Shown: positions 8,063 through 18,540 of the stretch, piece by piece
How the letters are laid out: each line of letters opens with the position of its first letter
Position numbering within the stretch: position 1 is the stretch's first letter
From: a virus
Lineage: Duplodnaviria > Caudoviricetes
Strand: one strand, 5' to 3'
DNA: 59,954 bases
IMG/VR virus record: IMGVR_UViG_3300020724_000008
Coordinates: 1 to 59,954 of that record
Program-made: the position numbers and the translations under genes
The notes under the pieces: generated by a model
What the model was told of the DNA's origin: nothing
Seen by the model: only the letters and a program-made list of their open reading frames with translations
The model's database searches: none

Positions 8063-11000
8063 ATGGCAAATTTCCTTTCTGATCCTTATGCCACGCCTAC
8101 AGTCGAACCAATTGGCCCATCTTCAGCCGGTCCGATTAGTGTTCCTGCGGCCAATCCAAATGCTTTTGGTGGTCAAATTGCAGAAGGTTTGGGGAAACTT
8201 GGGGAAGGGCTTAATAAATATGCCTCACTTCACAATGAAATATCGGCAGATGACGCGGTAAACAAATATACAGAGCAAACCAATCACATTTTGCATGGTG
8301 ATCCAAACAAAATGATTAAAGGGCCAGACGGCACTGACATGCCGGATACTGGCTATCTTGGTTTGAACGGTGAAGCAGCATTGCGTGCGCGCCCGCAGGT
8401 CGAGCAGCAATTAGAAGCTCTACGTCAATCACTTGGTGCAAATATGCCAACTGATGCTGCACGTTATACATTTGAAACCGGCTCGCGCCGCACCAGCAAT
8501 TATGCTTTGGGTGAAATCGGTACACACTCCTCAAAGCAAGCAACTGAATGGTATTCTAAAGTCAATTCTGACACGGCAAGTGCTGCAACTCAGCAAATTA
8601 TGGCACATCCTTTTGACGATGCTGTTTTAGAAAGCGCTCATCACGATATAGTAAATGCCCATGTCAAACAGGCTTTACACGATACGGGAGCTGTAGAAGG
8701 TTCTCCGCAGTATGATGCGGCAATACGCGATGGTGAAAAATACTTCCTTAAGGTGAAAATTAAAGCGTATGGACCAACACGTCCTGATAAATCTTTTCAA
8801 TTGGTCAAAGATAACGCACAATTTTTAGGTCTTGATTACGAAACTTTGTACGATGATTACAAAAGAAAGGCCGACGATTATGAAGGCCGAAATCTTGCAG
8901 AGGGTGTTTCCCCTCCTCTTCCTGCCAATAGTAATCCAAAAAATTCATTTGTGATTGGCGATTCAATTGGCGAAGGTATTCGCACTGCTTCCGGTGCGCC
9001 CGGCGATACAACTGTCGGCTTAACACCAAATCGCATATTAACAAAAATTCAATCTATGAAACCCGCTGACTTCCCCACTGGCGACATCATATTATCAACT
9101 GGTGTGTCAAATGATCCAAAAAGTATAGGGATTGTTGCGGATCAGATTAAAGCGTTTACAGACATGGGCATAGCACCCTCGCGTATTCATATTGTAGGTG
9201 TTGGTACTGGCCCTAACGATAGTTTTAAAAATTTGAATGTGAATGACCTATTATTAAACATTGCCCAAAAAACTGGCGCTTATTTTATGGGACCGCTGGA
9301 CCCTGAAAATTTATCTTCAGATGGCGTACACCCAAAAGACTATAAAAAAATAAGCGATACAATATTCCCTCCAAACACACCTGACAATCTACACGGTTCA
9401 GCGGCAAGTTTAACCCGTACTCGTGGTATGGTTGACGCTTCCGATATTCCACCGGCTTCATCTGTCGGAGCAAATGCTTTACCTACTTTGGCCATACCGG
9501 ATGCAGTACGATCAACATGGGGTTGGAAACAAGCCGTTGAGATGGAAAAACAAGGTGGATTTTCAGAACAGGATTTAGCCACTACAGCTTATATTGAATC
9601 ACGTTTTGGTGCAAATACTGGTGCTGGGCAACCCGGCCATGCTGCACAAGGCGTGATGCAATTTATGCCCGGCACCGCAAAGAAATACGTTCACGGCTCA
9701 CCATTAGATCCAAACGAATCCTATATCGGTGCTCAACGTCTAGCCATTGATAATCGGCAAGATTTAAATCGGCGTCTTGGGCGGGATGTCACCGGTGCTG
9801 AACTCTATCTGGCGCATCAACAAGGATCTGTTGGTGCGGCTGCTTTGCTCGGCCATCCTGAAATGAGTGCTGTTGATGCTCTTACGCGCTATGCGTACAA
9901 AGGCAATCGTGCTTTGGCCATGCAGGCTGTTCGCGGTAATATCGGCAAAAATGATGATTCAAATATATCAGCTCAAGATTTTGCAAATAAATGGATTGTC
10001 ACATTTAATAACGCCAAAGCTGCAATTGGTGGCGGTCGATCAATGACCATGCCTGCAAGTGTATCTGGCGCACCTGATCGTCCTTCTACCGCCGCAATGG
10101 GTTTTGCATTTCGAGATTTTCCAATAACCGGAACGAATACTTTTGCACCGCAAACAAACATCACGACCCCCTCTTTAGGTTTCTCGCAAAGTGATATGGG
10201 TTCACCTCCAACACTTTTAACCGACTATAATAAACCTGATGTTGTAGCTCCAGTAAGCACCGCAGAGGAACCCGCTAAACCTAAAGTTATGCCCGTTTCT
10301 GAGGACGCGATTGCATCAGAGATTAAAAATGGTGCTAATGTTCCGCCTAGGCCGGTTGAAGTTACAAAACAAATGATCGCCGATTCTGAAGCGCAAGCGT
10401 ATCAGCGAATTGAAGAATCTGGTGCGAGCGAAGAAGTTAAAACGATTGCGCGTGCTCAAGTGGCAAAGAAAGCCACTGCACGAAATATTCAATATGAAAC
10501 CAACATGCGAAAATCCGCAGACGCATCTCGAATTGCTGAAAATGATTTCACAACGCAAGCCCTCACTTTTGATAGAAAACATGACACTGCAAGTTTGAAT
10601 GCTCTCGTCGATAAAATAATAAACAATGACGATTTGAACGCATCTTCAAAATTATCATTATACAATCTTGTCAATAAGCTGGCCGGGAATGATGAAGATA
10701 CTTATGGTGCTGGCGTCGATGACATGATGAAACGGTTGACATTGCCCGCTGACCGCCCAGACCGTATAAAAAGTGTCGGCCAATTGGAAACCCTATTCGC
10801 CAACAAAGAGATAAATAAAGCTGGCTTTCAGCTTGGTTTTAGTCTGCTCAAGGATAAGCAAGAGGGTTACACATCCTCCCGCGCTGTAGTTTTGAACAGC
10901 TTGTTTGAAAGAGCAAAAGATGAATTGGTGCTAACTCAGGATTATGCCGGAGGCAAAATCAACACTGATATTAAAGGTAATATTGCCAAAGAAAACGCTA

Positions 11001-11554
11001 TTCGTGATATTGATACTGCCATGACAAAATGGGTAGCGGATGGTAATGATCCAACTCAATTTCCTTTAGCCATAGATCCGAAAAAGCAAGATGCGTTCTT
11101 TAAAATTTATCGCGAACCTGCCGAAAAAGAAAAAGCAAAATACGATGCGCTTATGGAGCGTGAAAAACAAGAATCCACATTGGCAATTGATACGCCTATG
11201 TATCGCATACTTGCAGAAACAAATGTTCCTAAACCACCGGCAGGCGTCAATCCTATTGAATGGAATACCATGATGCGTAATCTGCCAAAAATTACAGAAA
11301 AGAGCGGAACGCAGAGATATGTGGGCGCGGATGAATGGGCAACCGTTGTTACCGCTTTGTTGCGTGATCCAAAACCTGAAAATATCTCAGCATTCAATGC
11401 GAAATTTGCTACAACACAAGGCATATCGCACGCCGAAGATTATATTAAGAAATTAGGCCCGCCTGAAGATATAACTCGACCTTTACCTGATTGGTCGGTA
11501 ATGTCACCGAAAAATGGCGCCCCTCCGCCAAATTCAACATGGCGTATATATTAA
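8063..11554 (+). CDS. Ejection protein (gp15 position) with SGNH hydrolase and lytic transglycosylase domains
   Basis: GDSIG (8957), STGVSND, DGVHP (9320); IES (9593), GVMQF, ELYLAHQQG. Confidence 0.8.
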   Translation: MANFLSDPYATPTVEPIGPSSAGPISVPAANPNAFGGQIAEGLGKLGEGLNKYASLHNEISADDAVNKYTEQTNHILHGDPNKMIKGPDGTDMPDTGYLGLNGEAALRARPQVEQQLEALRQSLGANMPTDAARYTFETGSRRTSNYALGEIGTHSSKQATEWYSKVNSDTASAATQQIMAHPFDDAVLESAHHDIVNAHVKQALHDTGAVEGSPQYDAAIRDGEKYFLKVKIKAYGPTRPDKSFQLVKDNAQFLGLDYETLYDDYKRKADDYEGRNLAEGVSPPLPANSNPKNSFVIGDSIGEGIRTASGAPGDTTVGLTPNRILTKIQSMKPADFPTGDIILSTGVSNDPKSIGIVADQIKAFTDMGIAPSRIHIVGVGTGPNDSFKNLNVNDLLLNIAQKTGAYFMGPLDPENLSSDGVHPKDYKKISDTIFPPNTPDNLHGSAASLTRTRGMVDASDIPPASSVGANALPTLAIPDAVRSTWGWKQAVEMEKQGGFSEQDLATTAYIESRFGANTGAGQPGHAAQGVMQFMPGTAKKYVHGSPLDPNESYIGAQRLAIDNRQDLNRRLGRDVTGAELYLAHQQGSVGAAALLGHPEMSAVDALTRYAYKGNRALAMQAVRGNIGKNDDSNISAQDFANKWIVTFNNAKAAIGGGRSMTMPASVSGAPDRPSTAAMGFAFRDFPITGTNTFAPQTNITTPSLGFSQSDMGSPPTLLTDYNKPDVVAPVSTAEEPAKPKVMPVSEDAIASEIKNGANVPPRPVEVTKQMIADSEAQAYQRIEESGASEEVKTIARAQVAKKATARNIQYETNMRKSADASRIAENDFTTQALTFDRKHDTASLNALVDKIINNDDLNASSKLSLYNLVNKLAGNDEDTYGAGVDDMMKRLTLPADRPDRIKSVGQLETLFANKEINKAGFQLGFSLLKDKQEGYTSSRAVVLNSLFERAKDELVLTQDYAGGKINTDIKGNIAKENAIRDIDTAMTKWVADGNDPTQFPLAIDPKKQDAFFKIYREPAEKEKAKYDALMEREKQESTLAIDTPMYRILAETNVPKPPAGVNPIEWNTMMRNLPKITEKSGTQRYVGADEWATVVTALLRDPKPENISAFNAKFATTQGISHAEDYIKKLGPPEDITRPLPDWSVMSPKNGAPPPNSTWRIY

Positions 11555-11568
11555 ATAGGATTTGATTG

Positions 11569-14500
11569 ATGGCCGACGAAAACACCACAGCAAATTTAGA
11601 TCCTTTTGCGGCTTATGCGGTTCCTTCGCAAAAATCAAATACTGATGATTTCGGTAAATTTATAGATGACACTTTGGGCGGCACGCCAATCGGCGCGCAA
11701 ACCAGCGCCACAGGTGAATTTTTTAGAGGCGCTGCACGCAGTACAATACCCGCAGCCGGTGGCTTTGCGGCGGCTGGCGCAGGTGCGGAATTAGGTGCGG
11801 GAGTTGGCGCGGTTGCCGGTCCGATTGGAGCGGCATTAGGTGGTTTTGCCGGCGGTCTTGGCGGTTTCTTTGGCGGTTCATACTTAGCCGGAAAAGCACA
11901 AGATTTTGTTGCGGATAAATTACCCAATCGGTTTTTAGAAGCCACAGGGTTTGATGAAAAAACTCAAATCGCTGGCCAGCAACAACATCCGATAGCAGGA
12001 TTCGTCGGCGGTTTTGCACCCTACGCATTAACATCTTGGCCGACGCTCGCCACAAAAACACTCCCGGCTACTGCCAGCACGCTTGAAAGATTGATGAATA
12101 GCCAACTCGGCTCTCGTGCTTTTGGCGGGTTGATGATGGGTGGTTTAGAAGCCCAAAGCGAGTATCAAGAAAATCAGCCTTTTGATTGGACAAAAGTAGC
12201 AATTTCGACAGGTTTTGGCCTCGTATTCAATGGCCATACGCCAATCGCACAAAAATTAAATAATTTCGGTGCGCGTGCTATTTCAGGATCGCCTGTGACA
12301 GTGGCTGAAGCGCGCGCATCCGGCATATATGGCGCAGAAGAAACGATCACCGGATCTGCACAACGACCACCCGATGTCGAACGAGCCGATCAACTTCCAG
12401 CACTCATTGAAACAATGGCGGTTGGCCATAATCAATATTCGATCAATGCGGATTCAGCGGCGCGCAAAATTGACAAAGATGGTTTATTTGCAAAACAAGA
12501 TGAATTGATTGCTCAAAGAAATGACATTAAGCAACATTTTGAAAGTTTTGCCAATCCTTCGGAAGAGTATTTAACTGCGGCGCAAGAGCGTCTTGAAAAT
12601 GCTCAAGATCAACTCGACCGGCATAATGGCATTTCAGGCGTTTATGCGAGAGGACCGCAACAACGTCGATTGATGGTTCAAGTTAAAGCTGCACAAGCCG
12701 ATCTTGATGATGCACTGGCACGTCGAAGAACTTTTAGATCGGGTGAAGTTCCGCACACGGCTGAAATGACTGCCGCACTGTCGCAAATGGCCAAGATAGA
12801 TGATCAGCTTTGGGCTTTGCGCGAACCTATCAATTATCTACGTCGTCAAGCCGCCGACATGTACAATTCGGAAGTTGTCGAACCGCAACCTGTTGCAAAC
12901 CGCATCGTTCCAACTGAGGCTCAAAAAGAGGAAGTGCGTCGAAACGGCGCAACATTGTTTCCTGAAACAGAAACGCAAGTTGCTCGACCAACAGGTGAAG
13001 CGGCAAAATTGCCGCTAGCCGCTTTGGATATGTTTGGCACTGCAACCAACACTGAACAAGTTGGAACTGCGGGTGCGCCCGCTTTGATAACAGAAAAAGA
13101 GCAAGGCACTTGGGTTACGCGCAATGGCGTCACAACTAAAATCAGTGAACCTACAAAAGTTCAAAATGCTGAAGTTAAAGATCCTGCCGAAAAATTTGAT
13201 CCTGAAGCCTTTAAACGGCATAAAGAACTGACCGAGTTAAGAAAATATCTTTTGGAAACGAATGATCAATTTAAGATTAACGGGAAAACCGGCGTTGAAA
13301 ATGCGGCAGAAGAGCTTAAAGCCTTAGAACCGCGTTTACAGCGTGCGCGCGAGCAGGCAGCGGCTGAATCCACGCCTGTCGCTCCCAATGTATCAACTGC
13401 GCCGATTGCGCCTGTAGTGGCCGCTAAACCGGCCAAAGTTTCTCAGCCGATCGCAATTCAATTTGAATACATCAAACAAGACATGATGAAGCGCTTGGCT
13501 TATGTTAAAATTCCTGAAAATGAGTTAGAAGCTCATGCTGAATTTTTTGCACATGAATTTGTTGCACGCGCTGAGAATATGAAAGGTCTTTACGGTGACG
13601 CGGTTGATCTGTATCGTAAAGATTATTTTGATATTCTGAATAAAGTTACAGGAGCCAGAGCGCCAAAACCTAGCGTACCGAGTTGGCTGGTGGAAACTAA
13701 AAATTCGGTGCCTGCAAATAAAGTCATCGAGCCTGTAAAAATTAACGGTAAAACAATTGAAGAGCTGACCGCAGAGCCTCACGCATCTACCGAAGAAATT
13801 AAAACGGAACAAAAAGCCGTTTCCGAACAACAAAAAGACCTTAAAACACAGATCGAAACCAAAGGCGTAGATTCGATCAAAAAATTTGATCCTAACGAGA
13901 CGCTTAAATTTTCATCTCCGGAGGAAGCCAAAAAAGGTGTCAATCGGCTTTTCGATGTCGAGTCTTTGATAACCGATGCAAATCGGATGCAATACAAATC
14001 CGGTGGTGATGAATTTGGCGTAACCGATGAACTCAAAAATACAAAAGCGTGGGTGCCGGAGCAGGGCCAAGGTATTCTTGTATGGCAAGAGCGAAACGGC
14101 AATTTAATTGTGGTCGATGGCCATCAACGCACCGGTCTTGCGCGTTGGTTGATCAAAAATGGCATTGAAAAACATATAGATATACCGGGCGTTTTAATTC
14201 GTGAAGTCGATGGTGTTACGGTAGAAGATGCTCGTGTCCGTGGCGCGATGATCAACATTGTTCGCGGTTCCGGCAGCGCTCTTGATGGCGCGACAATTAT
14301 GCGGATGCACCCTGAATATTTAGAAGGTGCAACCAGTAAATCAGCAGAAAAACCGCGCAATTTGGCTGTTTTGTCAGATGAAGCATTTGGTTATGTGAAA
14401 CAAGGTATTGGTGGAATTACTGAAGATCAAGGTGCTTTGGTTGGCCGTGAACTAAAAAATGATGGTGTTCGCCAGCTTCAGGCTTTGCATCTCATCACTG

Positions 14501-17500
14501 AATTAAAACCTAAAAATGCGGCTGAAACAAAATACATCATTGATCGTGTAAAGAATGCCAACGTTGCAAAAGCGGAAGGTCAGGCTCAAATTGAAATGTT
14601 TGGGAAGATTGATCTTCCGAACATCAAAGCCGAGTCGCAAATTTCTGGCGATGTCAATTCTATATTAGCTCAAATCACTCGGCAGACAAAAACAGCTGCA
14701 ACAGGCGCTGAAAATATTCTCGGTAAAATTGATGTGGCTGGCAATATTGCCAAGTCGGAAACGACTTCGCAAATTTCTGAATATTTTGATCGGACAAAAT
14801 TTTCGGCCGGTTCAGTGGTTGCTGATGTCCTAAAAGAAAATGCGCGTGATCTCACTGATAAAAAAATCACCCGCGACCAAGCCGTTCAAAATGTACGCAA
14901 AGCCGTTGAAACCGATTATGAGCGTTTCAAAAAAGAGGGAAGCATATACCGAGACGAAAATGGCCAGCCGATAAGTGAAGTGGCTGAGACAGATGAAAAT
15001 CAGGCAACGCTGTTTCAAAAAAAGAAAAAAGCACCCCCGAACGCAAGCATTATATTAAATTCAAATGCGAACGGTCGAGATTTGATGACAATTTTCAGAA
15101 CAAGAAATGCGTCCTCATTATTTCATGAAGGTGCTCATCGGTTTTTAAACAATCTCATGAGAGATTCTCGGCATCCTGACGCGCCTGAACAAGTTAAAGA
15201 TGACGCAAAGAAAATTTTGGAATTTCTCGGAGTTGAAGATTTTTCACAGGCCGCGAAAGGTAGTCGCGAAGAGCAATTGTGGGCTGTCGCGCATGAAAAA
15301 TTAGCACGCGCTTATGAGCGTTATTTAAGAGATGAAACTGCGCCAAGTCCCGCACTTGCACGTCTTTTTCAAACACTTAATAAATGGTTCCGGCAGATAT
15401 ATAAATCGGCTGATGAACTTGGCGTGCCTATAAATGAGAATATCCGTTCGATTTTTGACCGATTTTTAACCAGCGAACCACGGCGCACCATCATTACTGG
15501 TGATCGGCCAGAGCCTGTAACATTGGCTGATGAGCATATTAAAGACGCGCAGACTGTAAAAGCCTCAGAAGCTGAAGTCGCCGCAGAACGTATTGCTGAT
15601 GAAAAAAACAGAAATTTAGAAGGTGTTTCGCCAGAAATATTGGCCGAACTTCAAGCTGCACATGCAAAAATAGGAGAGTTGAATAGTGAACTCGAAGCCG
15701 CACTCACAAAAGCAAGCAGCGCAACCCAGCCTCCAGCAGAAGGTGGCGCAGGCGCAGCAGGAGCAAAAAACATGGGCGAGGGTGGCGCAAGACCCGAACC
15801 TGTCACCGCAGGCGGCGGCGGTGGCCGCGTCGATGAGCAGGTCAAACCAAGCGGAAGCGAAACTCGGAATGAAGGCGTTGGCGTACCAAAGCCAGCAATC
15901 GACGATGCCCGAAATGGGAATGCAAGCGGAATCCATCCCCTCGCTCCAAGATCAAAACCTGACATATCTTCAAAATCCGAATCCAAACGCCTCGATAAAG
16001 CCGGAAATATTATAGTCGCAAACGTCCGATCTATTGCGGATTTGCGAGAAGCAATTAACGATCAGATGCACGCCAATGCTGAAAGCAACAATGATTTTCT
16101 AGCCGCACGCCAAGGTGTGATACCAGATGTTGAAGTTCAGCGTATGGCTGATATTTTAGGCTTGCCGCAAGCTCGCGTAAATCTTGATAATTGGACAGTT
16201 GGCCACGCAGCCAATAGCGTTGAAGTGGTATTAGGCCGCCGACTTTTGGAACAATCACTGGCCGAAACTGCCACGCTAGAGAAAAAAGCCCGACAGACCA
16301 GAGCCCCTGAAGATGTGATCGCTTTCTTGGAATCAAGAGAAGATAACGTTCGCATTCAAGAATATTTTTCTGGCATAACCGCTGAATCTGGCCGCGCTAC
16401 TCGCGCATTTCGCAAATCTGCCGAACTCAAAAGCGATCTTGAACGGGCAAATTACATAAAAAGAGACTTTGGCCAAACGCTTTATCAAGCATTGCAGGAG
16501 ATTGATCGCGGCGCATTACAGGATACGCCTGAAAAACAAGCCAAATTCTACCGAGACGCGAAAAAATTTAGCGGAACAAATATGGCTTTAGAAATATTTA
16601 TCAACAATATTATTTCTGGCCTTGCTACTCACATGACGTATCTGACAGGTAACGGCATAATGGCGGCTGAACGTACTGCCGCTCAGGTTCCCACAGCTGC
16701 GGCAATTGGAATGCTGCGAACAGTTCTCGGACGTACTGGTAATACAGTATCCTTTGGAGAAATTGGTGCGCGTTTAAAAGGTTACAAGCAAGGTTTTGCA
16801 CCCGGCATGAAGGCCGCTGTTGACGCTTTACGCACCGGAAAAATGACTTTGCTTCCGGGTGAAGAAGGTTATGAAACACAAAAAACATTTGATCTTTATA
16901 ATACAGGTGGAACACCCGCTGAAAGATTGGATCCAAATGCAGATTGGGTTGCAGTCGGATCGGCACTTCATGCTTTGATGCAAGCGCCGCGAGATGCTTT
17001 TAAAGCAGGGCAGGCACTTATTGATTCTAACACCATCAAAGGTGCAAATGGAATTGCCCCGATATACAGTGAAAACGGCGCCACGCCGGATGTGGCTTTG
17101 TTTGGGTATTATCTTCCCACCGGCGAACTTGTCCGTATGCCAAGCCGCGCAGTTGGAGCGCTGCACGCTGTCCTATACGCTGGCAACTATTCAGCCGAAA
17201 TTCGTCAATTGGCTTATCGTCAAGCCGCAGAGGAAGGCCATGTCGATAGTGATTTTCACGCTCGAACTGCCTACCTAGCGCAAAATCCAACCGCTGAAAT
17301 GATGGAAACAGCAATGTTCGAAGCAAAACGAACATCTTTGCTGTCAAAAGGTGGTAAAATTACAAATGCACTGACCAATCTGACCAATCAGAAAATTTTA
17401 GGTGCGCCCCTTATTAAATTTGTTTTGCCTTTCGCCCGTATATCTGGCGATATTCTCGCTCGTACACTTTCCGAAAGAACTCCTTTAGGTTTTCTGAGTA

Positions 17501-18486
17501 GCGATGTACGCGCCGAACTTTTCAGCAAAGACAATTACGTCGCCGATATGGCCGCTGCCCGTATGCTGATTGGAACCACAGTTGCAACTCTCTTCGGTTC
17601 TCTGGCCGCTGCCGGCCAAATGACAGGCTCTGGTCCAGTCAATCGTGACGAAGCAAATTTGTGGCGGATGGCTGGATACCAGCCGCACAGTGTCAAAATT
17701 GGTGATATGTTTTATGATCTTCATCGTCTCGGACCACTAGGTTTGCTGGCCAGCCTCGGTGCTGATTTTTATGAAGTCGCACATAAATTGCCAACCGAAA
17801 CCGCTGCTCAAATTGCGGCAAGCGTTGTGCAAAGCATATCCAAAAATATTTTGGACGAGAGTTTTATGAAAGGCCCCGCTGATCTAATTAAGGCTCTTGA
17901 TGAACCTGATAGATTTGGTGCAAGCTATATTAAGAATTTTGTTTCGTCTTTTGTGCCGTATTCGGCTATGCTGTCGCAATTAGATCGCAATACTGATCCG
18001 TATATGCGCGAAACACGTTCATTATTAGATGCAGTAAAATCAAAAATTCCGTATGAATCGGATACGCTACTCCCAAAACGTGATATTTGGGGTGAGCCAA
18101 TTCAGCATCCAGCATCTATCGGTGGGCCACTTTCATCTATATACGAAAGTCATCTTAACCGAGATCCGGTTATTTTAGCGATGATGGATTTGCACATTCA
18201 TCCGGCTCAGGTCGAACGAAAAATTGCAAATGTCGTTTTGACCGATGAGCAATTTGACAGATATGCTCAAATCGCCGGTCGAATGACCAAGAAAAATCTT
18301 GATACTCTTGTCGCATCAACTGCTTTCAAACAAATGAATGATGAGCAGCGGCATGATTCCATCAATGAAGTCATCAAGCGAACCAGAGATACGGCACGAG
18401 GTATGATAAAAATGGAATATCAGGACATCGTGATAAAAGCTACACAACAGAAAAAGAATGGTTTTCCCGGCGCTACACCTCGCTAA
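11569..18486 (+). CDS. Large polyvalent ejection protein (gp16 position) with ParB-like and zincin-like domains
   Basis: ~2305 aa; N-terminal Gly-rich hydrophobic segment; VVDGHQR; LFHEGAH (15124); helical C-terminus with RDIWGEP. Confidence 0.8.
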   Translation: MADENTTANLDPFAAYAVPSQKSNTDDFGKFIDDTLGGTPIGAQTSATGEFFRGAARSTIPAAGGFAAAGAGAELGAGVGAVAGPIGAALGGFAGGLGGFFGGSYLAGKAQDFVADKLPNRFLEATGFDEKTQIAGQQQHPIAGFVGGFAPYALTSWPTLATKTLPATASTLERLMNSQLGSRAFGGLMMGGLEAQSEYQENQPFDWTKVAISTGFGLVFNGHTPIAQKLNNFGARAISGSPVTVAEARASGIYGAEETITGSAQRPPDVERADQLPALIETMAVGHNQYSINADSAARKIDKDGLFAKQDELIAQRNDIKQHFESFANPSEEYLTAAQERLENAQDQLDRHNGISGVYARGPQQRRLMVQVKAAQADLDDALARRRTFRSGEVPHTAEMTAALSQMAKIDDQLWALREPINYLRRQAADMYNSEVVEPQPVANRIVPTEAQKEEVRRNGATLFPETETQVARPTGEAAKLPLAALDMFGTATNTEQVGTAGAPALITEKEQGTWVTRNGVTTKISEPTKVQNAEVKDPAEKFDPEAFKRHKELTELRKYLLETNDQFKINGKTGVENAAEELKALEPRLQRAREQAAAESTPVAPNVSTAPIAPVVAAKPAKVSQPIAIQFEYIKQDMMKRLAYVKIPENELEAHAEFFAHEFVARAENMKGLYGDAVDLYRKDYFDILNKVTGARAPKPSVPSWLVETKNSVPANKVIEPVKINGKTIEELTAEPHASTEEIKTEQKAVSEQQKDLKTQIETKGVDSIKKFDPNETLKFSSPEEAKKGVNRLFDVESLITDANRMQYKSGGDEFGVTDELKNTKAWVPEQGQGILVWQERNGNLIVVDGHQRTGLARWLIKNGIEKHIDIPGVLIREVDGVTVEDARVRGAMINIVRGSGSALDGATIMRMHPEYLEGATSKSAEKPRNLAVLSDEAFGYVKQGIGGITEDQGALVGRELKNDGVRQLQALHLITELKPKNAAETKYIIDRVKNANVAKAEGQAQIEMFGKIDLPNIKAESQISGDVNSILAQITRQTKTAATGAENILGKIDVAGNIAKSETTSQISEYFDRTKFSAGSVVADVLKENARDLTDKKITRDQAVQNVRKAVETDYERFKKEGSIYRDENGQPISEVAETDENQATLFQKKKKAPPNASIILNSNANGRDLMTIFRTRNASSLFHEGAHRFLNNLMRDSRHPDAPEQVKDDAKKILEFLGVEDFSQAAKGSREEQLWAVAHEKLARAYERYLRDETAPSPALARLFQTLNKWFRQIYKSADELGVPINENIRSIFDRFLTSEPRRTIITGDRPEPVTLADEHIKDAQTVKASEAEVAAERIADEKNRNLEGVSPEILAELQAAHAKIGELNSELEAALTKASSATQPPAEGGAGAAGAKNMGEGGARPEPVTAGGGGGRVDEQVKPSGSETRNEGVGVPKPAIDDARNGNASGIHPLAPRSKPDISSKSESKRLDKAGNIIVANVRSIADLREAINDQMHANAESNNDFLAARQGVIPDVEVQRMADILGLPQARVNLDNWTVGHAANSVEVVLGRRLLEQSLAETATLEKKARQTRAPEDVIAFLESREDNVRIQEYFSGITAESGRATRAFRKSAELKSDLERANYIKRDFGQTLYQALQEIDRGALQDTPEKQAKFYRDAKKFSGTNMALEIFINNIISGLATHMTYLTGNGIMAAERTAAQVPTAAAIGMLRTVLGRTGNTVSFGEIGARLKGYKQGFAPGMKAAVDALRTGKMTLLPGEEGYETQKTFDLYNTGGTPAERLDPNADWVAVGSALHALMQAPRDAFKAGQALIDSNTIKGANGIAPIYSENGATPDVALFGYYLPTGELVRMPSRAVGALHAVLYAGNYSAEIRQLAYRQAAEEGHVDSDFHARTAYLAQNPTAEMMETAMFEAKRTSLLSKGGKITNALTNLTNQKILGAPLIKFVLPFARISGDILARTLSERTPLGFLSSDVRAELFSKDNYVADMAAARMLIGTTVATLFGSLAAAGQMTGSGPVNRDEANLWRMAGYQPHSVKIGDMFYDLHRLGPLGLLASLGADFYEVAHKLPTETAAQIAASVVQSISKNILDESFMKGPADLIKALDEPDRFGASYIKNFVSSFVPYSAMLSQLDRNTDPYMRETRSLLDAVKSKIPYESDTLLPKRDIWGEPIQHPASIGGPLSSIYESHLNRDPVILAMMDLHIHPAQVERKIANVVLTDEQFDRYAQIAGRMTKKNLDTLVASTAFKQMNDEQRHDSINEVIKRTRDTARGMIKMEYQDIVIKATQQKKNGFPGATPR

Positions 18487-18540
18487 TATCAGCCATTTTG
18501 TGCTATAAGCATTTCAACCTAAAACACAACGAGAAGCGAA

